A stretch of 64,000 nt of DNA from a virus, in the IMG/VR virus record IMGVR_UViG_3300010354_000003, positions 4,677 to 68,676 of that record; one strand, written 5' to 3'. This document shows positions 49,880 to 59,379 of this stretch, piece by piece; the stretch's first letter is position 1; the number at the start of each line of letters is the position of its first letter. The notes under the pieces were generated by a model. It made no database searches. It was not told where the DNA came from and worked only from the letters and a program-made list of their open reading frames with translations. A program made the translations under genes and the position numbers.

Positions 49880-51096
49880 TCTGTGAGTCGGCTGATCTCG
49901 CCGTCCATTTTGATATCGAATTGATATGCCCTCGGACCGCGCCGATTCTTGTCAACATACACGCACGACTTGGCCTCCTTGTGCTTAATGTAGATGACTT
50001 GGTTTGAGTGCTGCTTGATCGCCCGAGACTCGCGGAGCTTGCCGTCGTCGTTTAGCTGGCTACCTGTAATGACGGGAGCCTTTATTCGGGACGCGAGGTT
50101 CTTGAATCTCCTTGCGATGTCGGATACCGCCTGCTCGCGATTATCCCCATCGTTCTCGACAATCTGTAGGTAGTCCACGAGAACTACCGATGCTTTGCCG
50201 AGCATGGAAAGCCGCTGTGCCTCGGCACAGATTTCGTCGAGGGTGAACATATCGTCCACGATTGTTAGGGGCAGCTTCTGGAGCGAGAAGATTGCGTTGC
50301 TGATGGAGGGGAGTTCTTTGATGTGACCCGTCTTGTATTCCTCGGAGGTTCGCACGGGTATCCTCGCGGTTGCCGCTACCATCCGTTCAAATACATCGGT
50401 CTTGTCCATCTCAAGGGAGAAGTAAACCACGGGATTGCCAGCTTGCAAGTTCGCCAGCGCGGCCTGAACCATAAAGATGGATTTACCGCCGCCCGATTCC
50501 GCGGCAATCGTCAGCAGTTCCCCGCCGTGCATGCCGCCCTTCATCGTTCTATCCAAGTAAACGAGTCCAGTAGGGTAGCACTTGCGGTCTTCCTTCCCCT
50601 CCATAATGTCGATCAGATTGTTTGCGATCTCTTTTACGGAGGTTTGGGTAGGCGCGTTATCGTTTAACGAGTTTGCAATCTTGTCCCCCAAATCGCGGAG
50701 GTTGGCGTTCGCGTTCTCGATATCTGGGATACTCTCCTCGATGAGCTTGAGTGTGTCGCGGTAGCCTTTGTATCGGATCAACTCCTTGCGGTAGTCGTGC
50801 GCCATCTGCTTGGCGACGTCACCTGGCTTTACGTAGTGTGCCGATAGGATTTTGTGAACCGCGTCATCGCCTCCCATCTTCTGCAAGTATCCAGACTTCT
50901 CCAGTTCCGCAACGGCGCTGAACTCGCTCGCGTCCCCTGTTTTGTGGAAGGAGGATTGCAAGGCTTGGAAGAGTCTCTTATGCGTCTCTATTGCGAAGTA
51001 GTCTGATTCCCATACTTGGGTTCCAAGAATGGCAGGGTCGTTGGCGATGAGGGATAAGGCTCCTATCTCTCCGTGTGTGTATATCGGTGTTTTCAT
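49876..51096 (-). CDS. dnaB: DnaB-like replicative helicase
   Basis: AAESGGGKS, YFSLEM, VDYLQ, SQLND, LRESRAI, KNRRG. Confidence 0.93.
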   Translation of the reverse strand: MKTPIYTHGEIGALSLIANDPAILGTQVWESDYFAIETHKRLFQALQSSFHKTGDASEFSAVAELEKSGYLQKMGGDDAVHKILSAHYVKPGDVAKQMAHDYRKELIRYKGYRDTLKLIEESIPDIENANANLRDLGDKIANSLNDNAPTQTSVKEIANNLIDIMEGKEDRKCYPTGLVYLDRTMKGGMHGGELLTIAAESGGGKSIFMVQAALANLQAGNPVVYFSLEMDKTDVFERMVAATARIPVRTSEEYKTGHIKELPSISNAIFSLQKLPLTIVDDMFTLDEICAEAQRLSMLGKASVVLVDYLQIVENDGDNREQAVSDIARRFKNLASRIKAPVITGSQLNDDGKLRESRAIKQHSNQVIYIKHKEAKSCVYVDKNRRGPRAYQFDIKMDGEISRLTE

Positions 51097-52016
51097 TTAT
51101 AGATTAACTGTTTGATTTTTTGAAGTGTGTCTTGTCTTTCCTCGGCTGCGCGAACCAGCCACTCCTCTTTGAATTGAAGATTATGTTTGGAATGCAAGTC
51201 ATCTGGGCAAGAGCAAAAGTATTCTTCGCCTATGTTGTATCCGCTTTTCTCTATAGTCCCATTGCAAGACTCGTCGAATACAGGCGTTGTCCTACAAGAA
51301 ATCGCCTCGTAAAATCTGTTGGCTAAATGATTGTAGTGGGTGTGCGTCTTTTCGTCTTCGATATAAAGAGAGTATTGAAACGATTCCAACTGTGGTCTTG
51401 GCTTCCATTTCAGCTTCCCGATGAACTTGCATTTAAGATTCGGAATAACTTCGCTGAACTTGAGGATATTATCTTTGCTTGTTGATACGTATATTCTGTT
51501 GTCGAAATACTTTTGAAAGTATTTCCTCCTTCCAGCTCGGAATGATCCGTAATACACCACACCTGTTTTCTCTATTGGGAACAAGGATGACTCTGCTACA
51601 ATCTGCGTAGGATTGAATATGATTGAGTTGAGGTTGATGATATTCCACTCATTGACATACTTCTTCACAACCTTGGATGCCTCTGCTGGATGGTTGGCTA
51701 TCACATCATACTTTCTTCCAGACTTTGCAGCCATCCAAAGTAACTGAGGTTCGCCCAAGTTGTATTCGTTTGTAATATAGAATAGCTTGGCGTCTGGATT
51801 CATTTCTACGCATTTGTAATCCACGTTAGAGTATCCTGAAGCATGGTTAAAAATGATAGCATCCCATTTTTGTTGGGCTATTGCATCTGCTCCAGCGTGT
51901 GAAGACACCAGCGTTGCGCCTATATGGGCCGCTATGGCCCTCGCGTTTCTCACATGGAGGTTGGTGACGTCTTCATGTGGAAAGCCCTTGTGTGAGTCGA
52001 TTATGAGTATTTTCAT
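51093..52016 (-). CDS. T4 DNA beta-glucosyltransferase-like GT-B enzyme
   Basis: MKILII..., VVYYGSFRAGR (T4 BGT VIYGGSFRSGQR, recalled), FIGK, NRFYEAI. Confidence 0.62.
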   Translation of the reverse strand: MKILIIDSHKGFPHEDVTNLHVRNARAIAAHIGATLVSSHAGADAIAQQKWDAIIFNHASGYSNVDYKCVEMNPDAKLFYITNEYNLGEPQLLWMAAKSGRKYDVIANHPAEASKVVKKYVNEWNIINLNSIIFNPTQIVAESSLFPIEKTGVVYYGSFRAGRRKYFQKYFDNRIYVSTSKDNILKFSEVIPNLKCKFIGKLKWKPRPQLESFQYSLYIEDEKTHTHYNHLANRFYEAISCRTTPVFDESCNGTIEKSGYNIGEEYFCSCPDDLHSKHNLQFKEEWLVRAAEERQDTLQKIKQLIYK

Positions 52017-52020
52017 TTTC

Positions 52021-52923
52021 TTATTCGTTTGGTTTCCAAGTATCCCAGTCTGTTTTCTCTTTCGACAACGCATGCTCGCGTGACTTGTCTATCTCGCCAG
52101 CCCAGTTGTTGAGGAGGGTTTCCATATTCTTCCGGCAGTAGAAGTCTTTCTGCCCTCTGTTGGCGTAGTAAGCCTCCAGATATTTCCAGTCCTCGTCCGT
52201 TGTGTCGAGGTGTGGTTCGCAAAGGCGAAGCTCTTTCACGCTCCACGCGGTTGATGTTCTTCTCCCCATCAGTCCGCATGCTCGGGTTTTGAATGCTTCC
52301 AGCTTTTCGCGTTTGGGTTGCTCTGGTTTTTCTTGGCTTATTGGAAATAGTAAACCATCCGAATTTTGTTCGTGAATAACATTCGATTTCCTTTTAACAA
52401 CCTCCCTAAAGCTATCACTCATTTTCCGCATCTTGCTAAGAATAGCCTTCTCGTGTTGCCGTGTTATTATTTCATTACCATTAAAGGGTATTTCATCTAC
52501 TATTACATTGCATTTGTCTGCGGGTTTTCCACCCTGTGGGATTTCCGCAGTGTGGAATTTCCCCATGGTGGCCTTCATTGCATAACGAATTTTGACGAAG
52601 TGCCTTGTTATTTTGTTTCCATCACCAAGAACCTTTACGTCCTCTATAAAGCCAGATTCCAGTAGCTGGTTTTTAGCTTTCGAGAACCTGTCTCTACCCC
52701 AGTCCAGCGCCTTCATCATATACTCAGAAGTGGCCCACACGTTTGAGTTGTGCTGCCACTTTCTGACGTAGCAGTATGTCGTGTATAGGGCGATGCAGTC
52801 GCCTGGGTTTTGCATCTTGAGCAGCCTGTCTATTGAAGGCTTGGTTACGCCTATTAAAATATCTTCGATGCTGCCTTCCTGCATTACGTCGCAGCGCTCG
52901 TATTCCTGCACTTGGTATTCCAT
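52021..52923 (-). CDS. Replication initiator protein
   Basis: N-terminal winged-helix-like region (ALY...LDWGRDRFSKAKNQLLESGFI), a linker, and C-terminal 'ETLLNNW'; upstream of the helicase. Confidence 0.72.
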   Translation of the reverse strand: MEYQVQEYERCDVMQEGSIEDILIGVTKPSIDRLLKMQNPGDCIALYTTYCYVRKWQHNSNVWATSEYMMKALDWGRDRFSKAKNQLLESGFIEDVKVLGDGNKITRHFVKIRYAMKATMGKFHTAEIPQGGKPADKCNVIVDEIPFNGNEIITRQHEKAILSKMRKMSDSFREVVKRKSNVIHEQNSDGLLFPISQEKPEQPKREKLEAFKTRACGLMGRRTSTAWSVKELRLCEPHLDTTDEDWKYLEAYYANRGQKDFYCRKNMETLLNNWAGEIDKSREHALSKEKTDWDTWKPNE

Positions 52924-52936
52924 AGTCTATGAGGGC

Positions 52937-53063
52937 CGCAGCCCCTCTCCGCAGAAAGACCGATTGAATGTCGGGTGAAGAATAACAGAGAGGAGCCGCG
53001 ATTTGTTTCTCATTGTTTCGATTTAATCTTTCTTTTGCTTAACGCCTGTTCTTCACGCAGGCG
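52937..53063 (-). promoter_or_regulatory. Structured RNA leader of the initiator gene (loop-loop pseudoknot)
   Basis: Hairpin CGCCTG/CAGGCG whose loop (GTGAAGAA) is complementary to TTCTTCAC inside a 15-bp stem that has G-U pairs only on the minus strand. Confidence 0.7.
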
Positions 53064-53102
53064 GTGCGAATCTCTCCGCACGGGAATCAACCTATCATCC
53101 GT

Positions 53103-53360
53103 TCATTTCTGGTCAAGTATTATTGTTGAACAAGCATTATCCTTCCCGCGCATCAAGTCGGCTATCACGCCTTGCAGCCTGTCGTTCTCCTCTATCATGG
53201 CCTCAAGTGTCCGACGGGTCTTGGCGTGGTCGTAGAGTTCCTCTTCATACATAGACTCAAGTTCGCAGTAGTTGCACTGCACCTTGCCTGGACGAACGAG
53301 TTCCAGCGGGTAGCTGCACTCCAAGCATGTTCCCGCGTCCTCGCTCACAGACTGGTTCAT
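53103..53360 (-). CDS. Zn-ribbon hypothetical protein
   Basis: CLEC...CNYC. Confidence 0.65.
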   Translation of the reverse strand: MNQSVSEDAGTCLECSYPLELVRPGKVQCNYCELESMYEEELYDHAKTRRTLEAMIEENDRLQGVIADLMRGKDNACSTIILDQK

Positions 53361-53554
53361 AGTTCGATAGCAAACTCCTTCTCGGGTATCTCTGCCATCA
53401 CTTCCACCAGAACGCGGATGGCATCGTTGATTTGGTGCTGGGCTTTGAGAATACAATTATACCCCTCCAGCAGATTCCCGATCTCCAGTTCTTCGACTGC
53501 GGTTCTGGCGAGGATGGCTGCTAAAGCGGCTTTGGATGTGGCGTCACCTGTCAT
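53357..53554 (-). CDS. Hypothetical protein
   Basis: MTGDATSK..., first gene of the leftward operon. Confidence 0.55.
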   Translation of the reverse strand: MTGDATSKAALAAILARTAVEELEIGNLLEGYNCILKAQHQINDAIRVLVEVMAEIPEKEFAIEL

Positions 53555-53564
53555 TTGAAAAAGA

Positions 53565-53600
53565 TATTTGACACATCGGTGCATACAGTGCAACTTCTTT
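53565..53600. promoter_or_regulatory. Overlapping divergent sigma-70-type promoters
   Basis: TTGACA on + and TTGCAC on -, each preceded by an A-tract, at the strand switch. Confidence 0.5.
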
Positions 53601-53604
53601 TTTG

Positions 53605-54637
53605 ATGAACATACCAAACGAAATGACAGCCGAGTGCGACCTTGAGCGCACCGGATTCAGCAGGGCAGCAGACGAACCTTGGACTAGCGAGCAAACCGTC
53701 CCATACCACGTCATGCTACAGAACGAAATCGAGGCGCTGCGCAACGAGGTGCAGACCCTCCGCTCGCAGTTATTGTTCCCCAATAACGAGCCGAAGTTCC
53801 TCGGGTTTCCGATCCGGCAATACGACGCCAGCGATGACGACTGCCGCCGCACCACCTACGAAGCCTACATCCTCGGGGAGTGGCACGAAATTGTTACTTG
53901 CGGGTTACGCTGGGACAAGAAGGAAGCATTCGACTCCATCGTAAAAATCCTCAAGAGGAAGGCTGAGTTGTGAGCGACACACCAGAAACAGATGCGGCTT
54001 ACAAATATTGGCCGAGCGAAAACGCTGAACTTGTCGATGCTGCTCTCGCCCGCAAACTTGAGCGCGAGCGCGATGAGGCGAGGGAGGCGTTGGATGAAGA
54101 AACAAAGTTTCACCATCGCACGCACAGGGAGTTAGTTCTAACTCAATGCAAGTTGATGGATGTAACGCATAATATCATTGCCACATTAGAACAGAATCGC
54201 CACTTGGCAGATGGAGATGACTGCACACTATCTAAACTGAAATCAGTAGTTCCAGAATGGAAATGAACATCCAACTTACACCAAAAACAGACGCGGCAAT
54301 CAAGGAAAGCAATGGGCAATGGTCGGTTGCGCTAAAAGAAACTTTCCAAAGATTGGAGCGCGAATACAACGAAGCCAAACAGAAAAACGAGCAATACTTT
54401 ATTTGGGTAAACCAACTCATAAAAGAACGCGACGAGCTAAAGAAAATCGTAGAACAGCGCATCTTGGTCGGCGCTGAAATTCACGACAAGGCGAACAGTC
54501 TTCTTAAGCAGAGCAATAGAACTGAGGCCGAGTGCGAAGCTTTGCGCAAGCAACTCTATTCCGCAACCTCTGCCCTGCGCCAGATACATCTGGAGGTTGG
54601 AGACTGGATTCGCTCGACAATAATTGTTGAGGAATGA
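53605..54637 (+). other. Three hypothetical ORFs (53605..53973; 53970..54266 of the SDTPETD..ARKLERERDEA family; ~54263..54637)
   Basis: Coupled ORFs; the last two share TPxTDA...LERE. Confidence 0.65.
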
Positions 54638-54912
54638 AATGCCCGACATGCGAAGACGACCTCGACATCAAAGAGAGCAGGAAACTGGTGGACGGGGATG
54701 GCAACCAATTTGTTCGGCGCAGGAGGGTCTGCAAGAACGGACACACGTTTATTACACACGAGGTGTTTGTTGCAATCAGTCCGATACCAGATACTTACAG
54801 GCTGCAACGAAATAGAAGGGCGTATCAAAAGAAATGGAGATTGAAAGCCAAGCGGAAGAAAGAGAAGCTAAAGGATGCGTGGCTAAGAAAAATCCAAGGA
54901 AAGATTGGTTAG
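54634..54912 (+). CDS. NrdR-like N-terminal Zn-ribbon protein
   Basis: MKCPTC...ESR...VRRRRVC...H.F.T.E. Confidence 0.75.
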   Translation: MKCPTCEDDLDIKESRKLVDGDGNQFVRRRRVCKNGHTFITHEVFVAISPIPDTYRLQRNRRAYQKKWRLKAKRKKEKLKDAWLRKIQGKIG

Positions 54913-54970
54913 AGCCAGACACGGTTCTAATCCTAATCGTGCTGGCAATCTGCATTGCCTATATCTTGAC

Positions 54971-55252
54971 ATGCTGAAGCGCCGTGTAGGACTCAAGCGT
55001 GGAGGCAGGCTGAATCCCGTCAGCAAGAAGCACAAGGTAGAGCTTGCGGAGTATTCCAAGAAGCGTAAGACATACTTGCTATGCAACCCCCACTGCGAGA
55101 TATGCGGGGTTATGGCAACCGACATACACCACAAAGCCAGACGTGGGAGCAACCTCAACAACGAGGAGACTTGGATGCCTGTGTGCCGCCCGTGCCATAA
55201 CTACATTGAAGCAAACGGCAAGTGGGCGCGTGAGAAAGGCTATCTGATATGA
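54971..55252 (+). CDS. HNH endonuclease
   Basis: CEIC...DIHHK..RG...VCRPCH. Confidence 0.85.
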   Translation: MLKRRVGLKRGGRLNPVSKKHKVELAEYSKKRKTYLLCNPHCEICGVMATDIHHKARRGSNLNNEETWMPVCRPCHNYIEANGKWAREKGYLI

Positions 55253-55704
55253 CGATATTCGCAATAGACCCAGGCCCAGACATGTCTGCATTCGTGCAGT
55301 GGGACGGCAAGAAGGTGATCGACCACGGGCATGTCCCCAATGCAGAGATGCGCCAGCTACTGATCGGACGCGACTACGACGAGGTTGCCATTGAAATGGT
55401 AGCCAGCTATGGGATGGCAGTCGGAGCCAGCGTGTTCAACACATGCCTTTGGGTTGGAAGGTTTTGGGAGATAGCTCGCAAGGAACCAATGCTCTGCTAC
55501 CGCAAGGATATCAAGATGTTCCTCTGCAAAACCATGCGCTCGAAAGACAAGGATATCAGACAAGCATTGCTTAATCTCATCGGCCCTCAGGGAAGCAAGG
55601 ACAAGCAAGGTCCGACCTACGGGCTAAAGTCGCATACTTGGTCTGCATTGGCGGTAGCGGTTTACGCAAAGAATAAATTTGACTCGTTGGAAACAAACGA
55701 GTAG
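55249..55704 (+). CDS. RuvC-like Holliday junction resolvase
   Basis: FAIDPG, VAIE, WSALAVA. Confidence 0.75.
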   Translation: MTIFAIDPGPDMSAFVQWDGKKVIDHGHVPNAEMRQLLIGRDYDEVAIEMVASYGMAVGASVFNTCLWVGRFWEIARKEPMLCYRKDIKMFLCKTMRSKDKDIRQALLNLIGPQGSKDKQGPTYGLKSHTWSALAVAVYAKNKFDSLETNE

Positions 55705-55713
55705 CGTCCGCAA

Positions 55714-55782
55714 CAAGCCAGTTTTTGCTTTGGTTTAGCTGGCTTTTTGTGTGTGTGTCTGGAGGCTCCCTAACCGGAGCCT
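55714..55782. terminator. Hairpins between convergent genes
   Basis: AAGCCAG...CTGGCTT followed by a T-tract; GGCTCC/GGAGCC. Confidence 0.5.
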
Positions 55783-56044
55783 TCAGATTTTAGGACGGTA
55801 GAAGTTTACGTCGCGCTTACCAATACCAACCTTAATACAAAACTTTTTATTCTCCAACCTTCCCTCTTTAACAGCCGAACGCAAGGCCCAGTTGGACAAG
55901 CCTGCCGACAAGATATCACCTGTATCCCGCCATCCTTGCTTGTTTAGGTCTTCTTTTGTAAGTGCTTCTTCTTGTTGGAAGAACGCGTTCCATGCCTCTT
56001 TTACAGAGGCAACATCCACGGATTGTCCGGTTTTCTTTCGCATA
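55783..56044 (-). CDS. Hypothetical protein (MRKKTGQS...)
   Basis: Overlaps the end of the phosphoesterase gene. Confidence 0.5.
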
Positions 56045-56768
56045 GGTTTACAGTTAGGTGTGTGTCTGTGTAGTAGCCGTAGCCAAACCCTTGGCTCCAA
56101 GCTAAAGTTGCCCTCTTTGTCTTAGCGTAGTCGGCATCGAGGCGCATAAGTGTTCCAACACAATATGCTGTTGCGCTCTGTAGTGTGCGTCCAGGCTCCA
56201 TTCCAACTCGGTGTAGATGCCCCATAATGCAGTTGCCATGCGTCTCTGCGTGGTCCCGAATAGCCGCTTGGTTAAACATGAACCCGTGGATAAACTTGTA
56301 GCCACCGATAGGACAATACGAGCGAATGTCATAAGGATATGTCCGAGCTTTCAAGTTTTTTGCCAACTTCTCGATTTCTTGGATAACAATAGTGGCTGCA
56401 TGCGCGGCCAAAGCGTTGGGTGAGTTCGCAAGTTTAAACAAACGGTCTTCGTGATTGCCGTAAAGGATGTGCTTGGGTCGAAGCTCCGATAGGAAGTCAA
56501 CCCCAGCAGCGAGGTCGTCCGCTACGCTAGCAGCCCTATCCGAAGCATTGGGGTCGTTCATCGCACCAGAACGGGCAGCAGCCATGTCGATAAAGTCTCC
56601 GAGGTGGATCGTCGTATCCGGCTTCCACCGCTCTTGGAACGCAAGCACTGCATCCCTTGCCTCTGGGTCGATATGATCCCCGTGTGAACAGCTAACAGCC
56701 ATCCACTTTTTCCATTGCCTTCCGATATTAAACGGTTGGAAACGGCTCTTCTTCTGGGTCTTTGCCAT
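56001..56768 (-). CDS. Calcineurin-like metallophosphoesterase
   Basis: SCSHG, LGDFID, GNHE, IHG, GHLHR. Confidence 0.88.
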   Translation of the reverse strand: MAKTQKKSRFQPFNIGRQWKKWMAVSCSHGDHIDPEARDAVLAFQERWKPDTTIHLGDFIDMAAARSGAMNDPNASDRAASVADDLAAGVDFLSELRPKHILYGNHEDRLFKLANSPNALAAHAATIVIQEIEKLAKNLKARTYPYDIRSYCPIGGYKFIHGFMFNQAAIRDHAETHGNCIMGHLHRVGMEPGRTLQSATAYCVGTLMRLDADYAKTKRATLAWSQGFGYGYYTDTHLTVNLCERKPDNPWMLPL

Positions 56769-56973
56769 ATTGTTTTATTGGTGGACAATCAAAATCGTCC
56801 CTAGAGAACATTGGCTCTCCGTTCTCTTTGAGGAATGGAAAATGCCGCAAGCATGAATAGGCCCTATCTTTTAGTTCCTTCCCAGTTTTTGGGCGTGTGC
56901 TGCTGTGCAAAAGGTCGCGTAGAAACTCGCGTGTTTTGTGTAGAGAATAATACTGTTCGTAGCGCAGGCTCAT
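56728..56973 (-). CDS. Conserved phage hypothetical protein
   Basis: TREFLRDL...TRP...AYSCLRHFP. Confidence 0.7.
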   Translation of the reverse strand: MSLRYEQYYSLHKTREFLRDLLHSSTRPKTGKELKDRAYSCLRHFPFLKENGEPMFSRDDFDCPPIKQYGKDPEEEPFPTV

Positions 56974-57154
56974 ACAAGTTGCTCCTTATCTTCGACTGGG
57001 GTGAACAACTTTAAAAACAAATGGGTCGGGCCATACCAAGAGAACCCATCCCCCCAAGAAACGACGTGTCCCGTTGTAGACTCGCAGACTTGCTGGTTCT
57101 TCCCGCAACCTTGCTGGTCGCCTCGGAACGTCCACCAGCTACCTTGCTTTGGAA

Positions 57155-57472
57155 TCATAGCTCGATGCCCTCCTCTTTGGCGTGTAACTCTTGTGGGAAC
57201 TTGGACAAGTATTTCATAAGAACCATTTCGGCGTGTTCGACGGACTCCTCGTTCAAGTCGGGGAAGCAAGCGTGGAGAATCTCGTGTATCCCTGTGCCGA
57301 GCGATTCGCTATTCGGGGCAATGTAGATCGTTCTGTTTGCATAGGAGCAAAGCCCTTGATCGTCTGGCTCGATGGTCGTCATTAGATCGTCACCTTCCCT
57401 TGGTGCGCGGAAGATGAGCTTCCACTTCTCATCGTGAATAGTCAGAGTCCTTGTTGGAACCCGCTTCGTCAT
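57155..57472 (-). CDS. Small HExxH metallopeptidase-like protein
   Basis: GLC...IYI...IHEILHA...EE. Confidence 0.7.
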   Translation of the reverse strand: MTKRVPTRTLTIHDEKWKLIFRAPREGDDLMTTIEPDDQGLCSYANRTIYIAPNSESLGTGIHEILHACFPDLNEESVEHAEMVLMKYLSKFPQELHAKEEGIEL

Positions 57473-57544
57473 TGATGTGAATATCTGCTATTCGTCAGCA
57501 GAATGCAAACAAAATTTTAACAGAGTGCGTAAGCTGATGAAATA

Positions 57545-57829
57545 TCACCACTTTACGCGGTTGGCCCAGTAAGCCGCGCTCATCTTTCCTTTTGCAATGT
57601 TCTTTGCGTGGCGAGCTTTGAAAGACTCACGACGCTTGCGATACGCGGCAGACTCTCCTTCTTTCTTCGGGCTTCCGCTCACGCCTTGCTGTCCGAACCG
57701 GATAATCTTTTTCTTGTCGCCCTCTTTAGCATAGACCACATGGCTCTTCGCGGCTCCAGGTGTCCGCTTGGGTTTGTTAAACCCAGACAGCCCCAGTCTT
57801 TTCATTGCGCTTTTAACTCGTCCTTCCAT
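57545..57829 (-). CDS. Small basic phage protein (IRFGQQG...SFKARH...AYWA)
   Basis: Motif recognition. Confidence 0.75.
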   Translation of the reverse strand: MEGRVKSAMKRLGLSGFNKPKRTPGAAKSHVVYAKEGDKKKIIRFGQQGVSGSPKKEGESAAYRKRRESFKARHAKNIAKGKMSAAYWANRVKW

Positions 57830-58049
57830 AGCTTTCTTTAATGATCTGTCTTACGTGGTTAATCTGCCTTGCCTTCAGACATTTGGCAAGCACTTCACGC
57901 AAGAGCTTTACCTCTTGCTTGAGTTTTGCCTCCTCGGGACTGTTAGCGGACAAGCTGGGTGATTCCATATACTGCTAGTAGTGATGTTGTGATGGATAGC
58001 ATCGCGAAGATGAATATCTTGTATTGTTGTTCGTTCATGCTTTGTATCG

Positions 58050-58622
58050 TTAAATGATATATTGCTGGGCAAATTCGTAGGCTTTGTTCCAGCGGTTGAC
58101 GAGTCCCTGCCAGAACTTAGCCCTTGCCCCTACAGGCGGGGCTACCTTGCGCTCATACGCCTCCCTAGCGCGTCGTAATGCTTTGAGTAGGGTGGATGGG
58201 TTCTTCAACGCTTCCGACAACGCAGCGCGGGTTTTAGGCCCAAAGTTGCCGTCATCCGTCACTCCGATTGCAAGCTGTAGGATGCGCAGCGCACCCTTGG
58301 GTCCGCGATTGAATACCGAGTCTCTGAGGAACGCCTCGATTGCAGCATGCTGTGTCCACTTGGAAACAATATCCGTATAGTGCAAAAGATAATCGACGAT
58401 ATATTCTTCAGCAGCCTTGAACCGCTTTTCCTCCAACAGCCTTTTAATGAAACTTGCAGCCTGCGGATGGTACCTATCGTTGATTCCAGCAACCTCGTAT
58501 GTTCCACCACCATCTGCGGCGGGAAGCTTGTATACCCTTAGGTTCCCGTCACGTCCCCTTCTTGCCTCAACAGACAAGATAAACCTAGCCATCTCCAGCT
58601 TCTGTTCCAGAGTAGACCGCAT
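58050..58622 (-). CDS. Endolysin, GH108-like with peptidoglycan-binding region
   Basis: E...DGGG...AGI; DSVFNRG; LQ...DDGNFGPKT; FWQGLVNR. Confidence 0.8.
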   Translation of the reverse strand: MRSTLEQKLEMARFILSVEARRGRDGNLRVYKLPAADGGGTYEVAGINDRYHPQAASFIKRLLEEKRFKAAEEYIVDYLLHYTDIVSKWTQHAAIEAFLRDSVFNRGPKGALRILQLAIGVTDDGNFGPKTRAALSEALKNPSTLLKALRRAREAYERKVAPPVGARAKFWQGLVNRWNKAYEFAQQYII

Positions 58623-59089
58623 TAGAAGTCTGCGCCACCCTTGATCTCGCCCCTCAACGGAAAGAGCAAGATGTTAAATTTTAGGCTGTCAACCAACCTC
58701 ACAAGAAAGTGGCGGCTATCCACAACATTGCAGTATCTGATAGGATTTGTATACCAAACGTGGGATGGATATGGAATTGCATGCGCTTGGACAACAATAA
58801 GAAAAAAGAATATTCCGAGTACCCTCTTGCGGGCAGACTTGGCTTTGCGGACCTCTGCGTTCGGGTTGAATTTGCCGCCTGGCGTCGTTCGCTTAATTGT
58901 CTTTCTCGCTTTAACCCGACCATAGATTGCAAGGCTTGCACCCACAAAGTCCATCACCAGTACAACGATATCCGTTAGTTCCTCGTTAACGATATCAACC
59001 TTGAAATACTTCAGAACTTGGGCAAGCAGAAGAACGATAACGCCGATAATAGTCCGGCTCTGCCACCACTCCTTTGTCTCTTCGCTCAT
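58622..59089 (-). CDS. Holin-like membrane protein
   Basis: KEWWQSRT...AIYGRVKA with TM segments; adjacent to the lysin. Confidence 0.6.
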   Translation of the reverse strand: MSEETKEWWQSRTIIGVIVLLLAQVLKYFKVDIVNEELTDIVVLVMDFVGASLAIYGRVKARKTIKRTTPGGKFNPNAEVRKAKSARKRVLGIFFFLIVVQAHAIPYPSHVWYTNPIRYCNVVDSRHFLVRLVDSLKFNILLFPLRGEIKGGADF

Positions 59090-59379
59090 TTCTCCTTCGT
59101 GCGCTGCACCGCGAGTTCGATTGCAAGATTGATAACCGAATTAGCAGCCTCGATACCGCGAGATTTTGCAGCAGTCTCGATGCGGACAAACGCATCCCTG
59201 CGCTTCTCATCTCCGGTCTTCTTGCTGTCTACAAGTGAAGAAACCACCTCAAGTGCGATAGGTAGCAAATCCGCCAGCAGTTTGCTTGTGGTGTCTTTGA
59301 GAATCGGCAGAACAAAGTTCAGAACCGACTTGGATGCTCCAGTAAGGAGCGCAAGTGCTTTAACGATGATGTTCTTCAT
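59086..59379 (-). CDS. Lysis-module protein (LLH holin-like)
   Basis: TGDEKR...INLAIELAV. Confidence 0.55.
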   Translation of the reverse strand: MKNIIVKALALLTGASKSVLNFVLPILKDTTSKLLADLLPIALEVVSSLVDSKKTGDEKRRDAFVRIETAAKSRGIEAANSVINLAIELAVQRTKEK

